A DNA stretch of 54,253 nucleotides from Methanobacterium sp. (GTDB lineage Archaea > Methanobacteriota > Methanobacteria > Methanobacteriales > Methanobacteriaceae). Where the stretch lies: positions 1-54,253 of the forward strand of contig DAIRTZ010000001.1 of NCBI GenBank assembly GCA_036803605.1. Direction: 5' to 3'. Made by a program: the position numbers and the translations under genes. Shown in pieces: positions 44,799 to 54,253 of this stretch; within the stretch, counting starts at the first letter, position 1, and each line of letters starts with the position of its first letter. The notes beneath the pieces were generated by a model. The model was not told the origin of the DNA, ran no database searches, and saw only the letters and a list, made by a program, of their open reading frames with translations.

Positions 44799-46007
44799 TT
44801 AGAAGGTTCTTATTTTACCTTCAACCATCATTTCTGTGATCTTTCCTATATCTTCCAACCAATTATTCATTATTCCTTCTACATCTTTGTTTACAGATTC
44901 CATATTGTAACCTTCTTCAACAATTATCTGCGCACTTGCTGCTTTAGGATGATCGATTGGTTTACCTATCTGGCTTAAAAGCATTATATGGACTTGTTTA
45001 ATTCCATCTATCTCTTTAGTTACGTCTTCTGCCATTTTATTAGATAGGAGGTTATATATCTTTCCTACATGATTTATTGGATTTTTTCCAGAAGTTGCTT
45101 CCATTGACATTGGCCGGTTAGGTGTTATAAGGCCGTTTGCCCTGTTACCCCTTCCAACAGAGCCGTCGTCTCCCATTTCTGCAGAAGTACCAGTCACGGT
45201 TAAGTAGTAACCTTTCTCAGTATCGCTGGAATTATCGTCACCGGTATTTATAAAGGTTTCAACTTCTCTATCTGTCTTTTTCAGTGCTAAGTCTGTTATA
45301 ATGTCATTTAATTCCTCTTTAACATTAAGATAGGAGTCTCTTCCATCTATATATTTTGAAACCATTGCCACAGCAGTTGTAAGTATTATTTTACTGTTTT
45401 CACGAAGTCCCATTACTTTGATGTCTTCTCCAACCTGTGGATATTTCTTTTTGAAGCTTTTTGAGTTCAAAAGTTCTTCAGTTGCCATGACGATTTTTTC
45501 AGTTTCTGAGAATGGTGCGAATCCTACACCAAAGGATGTGTCATTTGATGATGGCATTCCATCCCTTTTAAAGACATCAACCAAGTCCCCTGATCCACTT
45601 CCAATCTTACATTCTACAACTGCGGAGCTTTCTACGTCAAGATTGATGATGTTTTCCTTTAAATATTCTTTTGCAGCTGTAATAGCTATCCGATCAATAC
45701 CTATTTTCTTCCCATCAATTTCTGAAACACCTCTACCAGTTAGAAGTATGTCGATGGGTTTTATTATTTCTCCGCCTCCAAAGTGGGGATCTGATTCTCC
45801 TGCCGTGATCTGCACTTCATCGGTGTTGTGGTGCATGATCTGTCCATCAAAATTTTCCATGTAGGCATGGCACAGTGCTCTGCTTACTGATTCTGCAATC
45901 CCATCACTTATACTGTCGGGATGACCTATGCCCTTTCTCTCTACTATTTCTATTTCTTGCTCTTCAATCGGTTTTTGAATAAGCTCTTTTACAATGATAT
46001 TCCTCAT
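44799..46007 (-). CDS. mat: Archaeal S-adenosylmethionine synthetase
   Basis: [29 protein letters not shown] and [13 protein letters not shown] motifs; ATG 46007 after GGAGG. Confidence 0.96.
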   Translation of the reverse strand: MRNIIVKELIQKPIEEQEIEIVERKGIGHPDSISDGIAESVSRALCHAYMENFDGQIMHHNTDEVQITAGESDPHFGGGEIIKPIDILLTGRGVSEIDGKKIGIDRIAITAAKEYLKENIINLDVESSAVVECKIGSGSGDLVDVFKRDGMPSSNDTSFGVGFAPFSETEKIVMATEELLNSKSFKKKYPQVGEDIKVMGLRENSKIILTTAVAMVSKYIDGRDSYLNVKEELNDIITDLALKKTDREVETFINTGDDNSSDTEKGYYLTVTGTSAEMGDDGSVGRGNRANGLITPNRPMSMEATSGKNPINHVGKIYNLLSNKMAEDVTKEIDGIKQVHIMLLSQIGKPIDHPKAASAQIIVEEGYNMESVNKDVEGIMNNWLEDIGKITEMMVEGKIRTF

Positions 46008-46640
46008 AAATGGCCTCCATATTAATCTTAATAGTGAGTTAAAACTATCTTCCATGAGCTATGTTATTTAAATAATGCATTCTTTTATCGGGGGCATCGA
46101 TAAAATAATAATCATATCTTCTAGGATGAATGTTTAATGTATGCCATTTGAAATAACTGGTATAAAAAATGATCCATAATACGATGATTCACAGGACCTA
46201 GAGAATATTATTCTTAATTCAATAGTTAATATTGTAATTTAATACATACACACAAAAACATTAAATGAATTTTTTTGAAGGGTTGTAAATTCTGTACATG
46301 ACTCGAAGACTTAAAATAGTAATTGCACCATATACATTCTCCAACACTTTTTTCGAATGTTAGAATCTAACTTGGGAATAACCAATTTAACTATGTGTTT
46401 AAACCAATAATGTTAGAAAATTTCTAGAAGATTAATCAGTATTTGAATATTTTGTTAGTAAGATTTGTAATGAAATTCTTCTCTAATTGTGAATCCAAGA
46501 ATTTGACCAAATTAAATAATTACTAGTTGAAGGTATAATTTCAACTATAATTCTTTAGAAATTGTTGAAACTAGATAATTTCGCTTACTTAAAATTAAAA
46601 TATAGAAAGTAGAAAAAATTTATATTAAGGTGCAAAAGTT

Positions 46641-47012
46641 ATGAGTTATGTAGTAATTTTAAATAGAAGTAAGGATACTAATTTGGGAAAACATGATCTT
46701 GCAGATAGTTTCATATCGAGGTTTTTGGGTTTGATGTTTAAGAAAGATCTTGAAAGGGGGCTCATCCTTAAACTACCAAGCAGCAGGAGTAGGCGTGGGT
46801 CAGCCATTCACATGTTCTTTATGAGATTTCCATTAGACATTATATTTGCAGATGCAGATAAAAAGATTGTAGATATGGTTTCTATAGGACCATGGAAGAC
46901 CTATACTCCTAAAGCCCCTGCAAAATATGTTATAGAGATGAAGAAAGGAACTATCAATAAATTCGACCTTGAAATTGGTGATGAATTGGATTTCACACTA
47001 GATTGTGTATAA
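46641..47012 (+). CDS. DUF192 (UPF0127) family protein
   Basis: [27 protein letters not shown] and YVIE motifs. Confidence 0.9.
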   Translation: MSYVVILNRSKDTNLGKHDLADSFISRFLGLMFKKDLERGLILKLPSSRSRRGSAIHMFFMRFPLDIIFADADKKIVDMVSIGPWKTYTPKAPAKYVIEMKKGTINKFDLEIGDELDFTLDCV

Positions 47013-47074
47013 TAAAATATCATGATGTATTAACATAATAGTAGTTATTAACATAAATTTTCGGAGAGCCAAAT

Positions 47075-47350
47075 ATGAAAGTGAAAATATTCGACTATGG
47101 TTCAGATGCAAAGAATTATTACGTTGTATACAAGGTAACTGGATTAGACCCAGATGAAGAAGAAAGACTTCAGGGGAATATTGAAGGTAAAGTAGAGAAA
47201 AAAAATGGCGAGATATATATTACCACTCATTATGAAGAAAGATATTACCCTTTCGGAAGCGAAGCTGCTCGTTGTCGAATCGAAGATTTTATTGCCCGAG
47301 AAGAGATTGAGATGAATGTATATCTTACAAGTGTTTTAGAAGATGAATGA
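47075..47350 (+). CDS. Hypothetical protein
   Basis: Clean 91-aa ORF with GGAG RBS; YPFGS..DFIAREEIEM segment looks like a conserved methanogen small protein. Confidence 0.75.
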   Translation: MKVKIFDYGSDAKNYYVVYKVTGLDPDEEERLQGNIEGKVEKKNGEIYITTHYEERYYPFGSEAARCRIEDFIAREEIEMNVYLTSVLEDE

Positions 47351-47459
47351 AATTGTAAATGCTTAAAATTTCTAATAACATAATGAAATTATTAATGATT
47401 TTCTTAATTAATCCTTAAAACTAATCTATAGTGAATTTTATATACTTTAGGCTAAACAA

Positions 47460-48311
47460 ATGAAAAATAAATCCGATTCTAACCTTAACGTCCTCATGTT
47501 ACGGCAGAAGATGCAGATTGCAATGTCTAACTTCAGGGACAAACTTGGAATACACGAATTCGATGTAAGGGACTTTGAGGTTGTGCATTTAAAAGTCAAC
47601 ATACCCGATCTAGATCCTGCTTTCAAAGACTACCGCATAGTCCATATTAGCGACATTCATTTGGGACAATGGATATCTGCCAAGCGTATTGAAGGAGTTG
47701 TAAATTTAGTCAATAAACAGAAACCAGATCTTATTGCCATTACAGGCGATTCTGTTTCATATGTGGTTAACGAAGCGGTCCTGGATATGTTAAGATACCT
47801 AAAAAATCTGAAACCCCAAGATGCAACAGTAGCAGTTTTAGGAAACCATGATCACTGGATTGGGGCGGAAGAGATAAGAAAAGTAATGGATGAAAGCAGA
47901 ATAATAGAACTTGAAAATGATGTTTACACCATTGAACGTGGAGATGCGATGCTCCACATTGCAGGAGTGGATAGCATCACTCTTGAAAAACATGATCTAG
48001 ATGCAGTACTACGGAAATTACCTGAATCCGGTCCTGCTATATTACTGGCACACGAACCAGATTTTGCCGATGTAAGTGCTGCAACTGGAAGGTTCAGTCT
48101 CCAGCTGTCTGGACATTCTCACGGGGGGCAAATGATAATTCCAGGATTAGGAACTCCATTTAGAGGTTCTCAATTCAGAAAATATCCTTTGGGAGAATAT
48201 AAAGTAGGAAACATGGTCCAGTATACTAACAGAGGATTAGGTACTAATGTTTTTTGGATTCGTATCAATTGTCCACCTGAGATAACCATCATGACACTTC
48301 AAAGTTCATGA
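47460..48311 (+). CDS. Calcineurin-like metallophosphoesterase (YkuE-like)
   Basis: SDIH, TGD, LGNHD, LAHEP and SGHSHGGQ motifs. Confidence 0.92.
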   Translation: MKNKSDSNLNVLMLRQKMQIAMSNFRDKLGIHEFDVRDFEVVHLKVNIPDLDPAFKDYRIVHISDIHLGQWISAKRIEGVVNLVNKQKPDLIAITGDSVSYVVNEAVLDMLRYLKNLKPQDATVAVLGNHDHWIGAEEIRKVMDESRIIELENDVYTIERGDAMLHIAGVDSITLEKHDLDAVLRKLPESGPAILLAHEPDFADVSAATGRFSLQLSGHSHGGQMIIPGLGTPFRGSQFRKYPLGEYKVGNMVQYTNRGLGTNVFWIRINCPPEITIMTLQSS

Positions 48312-48440
48312 AATACTTAACATTTAACAAAAAATGAGGGAATACTTATAAATTAAATGTAGATATTCCTGACTTAATTATAATATTCCATACCAGTAAA
48401 ACAAGAAAACTTAAATACATTTGGGCAGATAGGCTTTTCC

Positions 48441-48764
48441 ATGAAAAAACAAACATCCAAGATAATACTCTACGCTGCAGGAATATTCTTACTCATATCT
48501 GGAATTTTGGGCATTTTTTTGCCTCAGTTAGAATTATCTCTCTTTACTTCAGTTATATGGGCAGCTCTTGGTGCGGTCTTCCTGGCAATTGGCTACGGCA
48601 CTACTGTAAGAAAAATAGTTCTCTACGGGGCGGGGATATTGTTGTTTGTAGCCGGAATTATAGGTTTAGTTTTGCCTCAATTAGGTATATCAACTTTGAA
48701 TTCACTAATATGGGCGGGTTTAGGAGTTCTATTTATGTACACCAGTTATAGTGTTAAGTATTAA
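48441..48764 (+). CDS. Small 4-TM membrane protein made of two internal repeats
   Basis: Two similar ~50-aa halves (KIILYAAG..LPQL..IWAALG / KIVLYGAG..LPQL..IWAGLG). Confidence 0.78.
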   Translation: MKKQTSKIILYAAGIFLLISGILGIFLPQLELSLFTSVIWAALGAVFLAIGYGTTVRKIVLYGAGILLFVAGIIGLVLPQLGISTLNSLIWAGLGVLFMYTSYSVKY

Positions 48765-48795
48765 TCTGGCATTATTGATAAAAAAATAAAAAAAA

Positions 48796-49188
48796 TTAAC
48801 TATTCTTCTTTTTAATGGCTTCAATCCCCATTTTTGCAACCTTTCTTACAACGGGATTTTCATCATCAACAGCATCTTTAAGTACATTTAAGGCCTTTTT
48901 ATCAGCTATTGATGCTAATCCTATTGCAGCAGCGTAACGCACACTTGACTTTTTATCTCCCATGAGCTGAATAAGTGGATCCAGTGCTCTGGAATCTGCA
49001 AAAACAGCTAGTGAAAGGGCAGCGGCCTCTTTGACATGCCAATCATCATCATTTAATGCGTTTATCAGGGGTTCAACGGCTTCAGGATTTCCAATTTCTG
49101 CAAGAAGTTCTGCTGCATCTTCTCGGACAGCCCAATTCTTATCATGAAGTTCTTCCACAAGAAAATCTATTCTTTTCCCTTCTGACAT
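48796..49188 (-). CDS. HEAT-repeat (PBS lyase-like) protein
   Basis: Repeated L.D..W.VR..AA..L motifs; GGAGTGA RBS. Confidence 0.9.
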   Translation of the reverse strand: MSEGKRIDFLVEELHDKNWAVREDAAELLAEIGNPEAVEPLINALNDDDWHVKEAAALSLAVFADSRALDPLIQLMGDKKSSVRYAAAIGLASIADKKALNVLKDAVDDENPVVRKVAKMGIEAIKKKNS

Positions 49189-49382
49189 TTAATCACTCCT
49201 TTTGAATGTCTAAAAATCTAGGTACAATAATGAATCTTAAATTTATTTATGCGGCGATGATCCATTAGTAATTTTTTAATAACTTTATATTAATATGAAA
49301 ATTTATTTGCCATGATTTGTAAAATGAAATGGTTAAATAATAATAATAATTATTGTTGTATAATTATGTTTAATATAAAAAA

Positions 49383-50078
49383 TTAACTTAAAATATTATC
49401 TAAATCTTTCGGATGGCTTAAAACAGCTATTCCTTCGATTTCATACAACTTTTTGGTGTTCTGAATGTCAATACTCCTCATATGTATGGTTATGATTTTG
49501 CCTCCTGTCACAGCACCGAATGGACATGCAGCTTGACAAGCACCACACCCAGCGCATTTCAGAAGGTTAATTTCCACACTAGGAGTTATTGCATCGTTTG
49601 AACACGCTTCAGATGCATGACATGTTTCACAATTTTGGCAGAGGTCAAGTTCAAGTTTAGATGGTAAAACAGTTTGGAGCTCCCCTGACTCCAGATCAAC
49701 CGGGATTATGCATGTTTCAACCAAACCTTTACCCGACTGTGCAACTGCATTGGTAATAAGAGTGTCTGCTATTCCATTAACTATTTTCCCAATAGTATTG
49801 GAAGTTGTGGGTGAGACCACAAGCAAATCGTATGTTCCTAGGGAAAATCGTCCAGTCATTGGAAAACTAGCGCGTTGATCATCTTCCAGTACGAGTTCCC
49901 TGTACTTACCTCCAGTTATCTTGGTAACTGTTTCAAAAAGGCCGTACATTTTAAGTACCTCTTCACCAGCTCCTGAGAGTAGTACTGTTACTTCATGTTC
50001 TTTTGAAAGTTCAACAAGTATGTTAACACTTTCTTGGAGTAAATGTCCAGCTCCTGTGATCCCCCAAGCAATTTTCAT
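49383..50078 (-). CDS. Archaeal flavoprotein with ferredoxin insert, dihydromethanopterin reductase (DmrX)-like
   Basis: [33 protein letters not shown], and two CxxCxxC...C motifs. Confidence 0.82.
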   Translation of the reverse strand: MKIAWGITGAGHLLQESVNILVELSKEHEVTVLLSGAGEEVLKMYGLFETVTKITGGKYRELVLEDDQRASFPMTGRFSLGTYDLLVVSPTTSNTIGKIVNGIADTLITNAVAQSGKGLVETCIIPVDLESGELQTVLPSKLELDLCQNCETCHASEACSNDAITPSVEINLLKCAGCGACQAACPFGAVTGGKIITIHMRSIDIQNTKKLYEIEGIAVLSHPKDLDNILS

Positions 50079-50157
50079 TACACTTTTCTCCGTTATGTTA
50101 ATTTATTCAAATTCTAAAAAAACTAATAATTAAAAAAAATTAGGAATTAAAAAGGAA

Positions 50158-51426
50158 TTAGAAGTCAACATATTTGTAGGCCTCATCTTCCTTGAATGCG
50201 TAGTGCACTTTGTTGTGTTGTTTTATGAATTCTGTAACTTCTTCTTTGATCTCTTCCTCATCCACTGTAACCCTTTTGATGAATGCTGCAATTTCTGACA
50301 TGTCAGATTCTTTTAATCCACGTCGGGTTATTTCTTGTGTTCCAATACGAATACCTGAAGGATCATCGGAGCGGTTTACATCATCCCACGGGAACAAATT
50401 CTTATTAAGGATTATATTATTTCTTTCAAGGTCTTTTGCAAGTTTCGCTGCTCGACCAATATTTGATACATCCATTGCAAGCTGATGAGATTCTGTAAAT
50501 CCTTGATCTTCGCACAAAACGTCAAATCCAAGTTCATAAAGCTCTTGTGCCAGTGCTTTTGAATTTTTAATGATCTGTTTTGCATAGGCACTTCCAAATT
50601 CAAGCATTTCTGAGGTAGCTATACCTAGAGCAGCAAGGTGATGCAAGTGATGATTACTTACAACACCTGGAAAGACTGCATCATCGATTTTGTCTGCTAT
50701 ATCATCTTTGCAGAGTATTATACCTCCTTGAGGTCCTGGAAATGTTTTATGGGTGCTTCCAACAAGAAGGTCTGCTCCTTCCCGAAGAGGATCCTGGAAA
50801 TATCCTCCTGCTATTAAACCCAAAACGTGTGCACCATCATACATAACTTTGGCACCTACTTCATCTGCTGCTTCCCTGGCGTCTTCAACTGGATGTGGGA
50901 AAAGGAATAAACTACCTCCTAATAACACTATTTTTGGTTTTTTCTCGATTATATCCTTTTTCATTGCATCCGCATCGATATTCATTTTTGTTTCGTCGAA
51001 TGGATGTGGGGCCACTTTTAATCCTCTTATTCCTGCAGCACTGACATTTGCGTGACTGATATGGCCGCCTACAGGTACTTCAAGTGCCATCATTGGGTCG
51101 CCGTGTTTTGCAAGTGCAAAAAACGATGCCATATTTGCAACCACCCCTGATATTGGCTGAACATTAGCGTGTTCGGCTTTAAATATCTTTTTTGATAGTT
51201 CTACTGTAATATCTTCTATTTCGTCCACATATTTGCAGCCTTCATAGAGTCTACAACCTGAAATGCCCTCAGCATATCTGTGGGATAGATCTGAAGCCAT
51301 GGCCTCTCTGACACTTGTGCTGGTTATGTTTTCACTTGCTATAAGATTTATACTGTTTTCCATCCAATTATGATGTTCTTTCGTTAATTCTTTAATTTTT
51401 TGAGCGTATTCTTCGTTTTTAAACAT
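50158..51426 (-). CDS. glyA: Serine hydroxymethyltransferase (archaeal type)
   Basis: [24 protein letters not shown] and SGIRIGT motifs; GGAGG RBS. Confidence 0.96.
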   Translation of the reverse strand: MFKNEEYAQKIKELTKEHHNWMENSINLIASENITSTSVREAMASDLSHRYAEGISGCRLYEGCKYVDEIEDITVELSKKIFKAEHANVQPISGVVANMASFFALAKHGDPMMALEVPVGGHISHANVSAAGIRGLKVAPHPFDETKMNIDADAMKKDIIEKKPKIVLLGGSLFLFPHPVEDAREAADEVGAKVMYDGAHVLGLIAGGYFQDPLREGADLLVGSTHKTFPGPQGGIILCKDDIADKIDDAVFPGVVSNHHLHHLAALGIATSEMLEFGSAYAKQIIKNSKALAQELYELGFDVLCEDQGFTESHQLAMDVSNIGRAAKLAKDLERNNIILNKNLFPWDDVNRSDDPSGIRIGTQEITRRGLKESDMSEIAAFIKRVTVDEEEIKEEVTEFIKQHNKVHYAFKEDEAYKYVDF

Positions 51427-51558
51427 CAATTATCCTCCAGATAAACTTTAATTAGTCCTAGGGTGTACTGATTTAATGTATAAAATGAATAATATAAATA
51501 CTTTCAAAGAAGGGTAATATTGGAATAGAAATTCTAATTGTACCAAATCAAATTTTTA

Positions 51559-52260
51559 TCAGTCATTGTTAAATCTCTTGAAAAATGTTTTATTTTTCAT
51601 TTCAACTAGATTATCAAGAATTCTCTTAAGATCACTTGCAGGGATCGTGACCATCACATCTTCAGGTTTTAAATTCATGTTATTACGGGAACCAATATCT
51701 CCAAACCCGTACGTCACCTTACCCGTAAGATAGGGCACAGATGCCATTGAACTGCATATTGGGCCGGAATCTGCCCCAAGGCCGTGGGATCCTGAATCAT
51801 AAGCATTAGCATGAAGTACCATCATGGCCTGTTCGGAATTACAAATTAAAAATATTAGATCTGGTTCAAAATCTGCCTGTGTTAATGGTGAAAATATTAC
51901 TGCATCGAATATTCCAGATTCAATTGGTATATTATTCTGCCATGACCTTTGAACAGCAGGTATGCTCTTATAAACTCCTGCAGGTACTAAAAATGCTCCG
52001 CTCTGCATGTTTTTCGGCAGTTCCTTCCGATCCTTCATGCCAGAGTACCTCATACCGCCCATGCAATCCTCTTCAGCAACAGTTGAATAGAATATCTTGC
52101 CGTTAGCAGCTTTATCAAGTTTAGTACAGAACCGGGATTTACCCTCTTCCTTTTTAATATTTTTTGGTTCTCTTATTGACCATTTTATAGCTACTGGTTC
52201 CCGTTCAAGCTTTAATATTTCCTTTAATTTTTCACCCATTTCTTTATACAAAATTTTCAC
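51559..52260 (-). CDS. DUF169 family protein
   Basis: LKLEREPVAIK, RFC, FEPDLI, ICS..VPY and D.GSR pattern; GTG start after AGGTG. Confidence 0.8.
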   Translation of the reverse strand: MKILYKEMGEKLKEILKLEREPVAIKWSIREPKNIKKEEGKSRFCTKLDKAANGKIFYSTVAEEDCMGGMRYSGMKDRKELPKNMQSGAFLVPAGVYKSIPAVQRSWQNNIPIESGIFDAVIFSPLTQADFEPDLIFLICNSEQAMMVLHANAYDSGSHGLGADSGPICSSMASVPYLTGKVTYGFGDIGSRNNMNLKPEDVMVTIPASDLKRILDNLVEMKNKTFFKRFNND

Positions 52261-52440
52261 CTTCTAAATATAGTGTGGTAAGTTTAAGTATAAATTTTTT
52301 TTTAGAGGGAAATAATGAGTTTAGTCTAAAGTTTAAATTTTCACTTCATAATAAAAAAAATAAATTTCTAAGATACAAGAATGATAAATGGTCAAATGAA
52401 AAATCTATAATAAAATCTAGATTTAATTCCGAAATAGTTC

Positions 52441-52475
52441 AAAAATAAAAAAATATAGAAAAAGGGGTTTAACCC

Positions 52476-52478
<3 letters not shown>
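52441..52478 (-). terminator. Probable hdrA terminator (short hairpin plus oligo-T on the minus strand)
   Basis: AAGGG/CCCTT stem at the stop codon followed by T-runs on the minus strand. Confidence 0.45.

Positions 52479-54253
<1,775 letters not shown>

Noticed and set aside
49251..49300. C/D box sRNA or fluoride riboswitch at GGCGATGA
   Set aside because: No downstream CTGA D box and no complementary riboswitch stem

Overview
AT-rich chromosomal window from a hydrogenotrophic methanogen of the Methanobacteriales, most likely Methanobacterium; this is inferred from protein sequences and gene order. The left end holds the 5' end of cdc6/orc1 (minus strand, missed by the ORF track) and the replication origin: four plus four inverted mini-ORB repeats around an AT-rich unwinding element. 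Most of the rest is housekeeping backbone: cbiB, cbiG, cbiH, cbiL, the PolD small subunit, dapF, lysA, argD, a cyclophilin, ogg, hisF, tRNA-Arg(UCG), a DinG/Rad3 helicase, a DsrEFH-like cluster, a site-2 protease, moeA, an ABC-2 transporter, purL, ileS, mat, a dmrX-like gene, glyA and most of hdrA. The least explained elements are (i) a ~250-nt multi-hairpin intergenic sRNA candidate with an anti-Shine-Dalgarno-like loop between cbiH and dapF, (ii) an orphan Ser1 proteasome-beta-like Ntn hydrolase and a nearby single-cyclin-fold TFB-like protein in an accessory patch, (iii) a LigB/DODA-type dioxygenase plus CDGSH Fe-S gene pair with a perfect palindromic operator candidate in an obligate anaerobe, and (iv) decay of a redox/metal locus (MsvR-like V4R pseudogene, frameshifted arsM). 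No CRISPR array, intact mobile element or rRNA was seen. All family calls come from motif recognition; no database searches were run.
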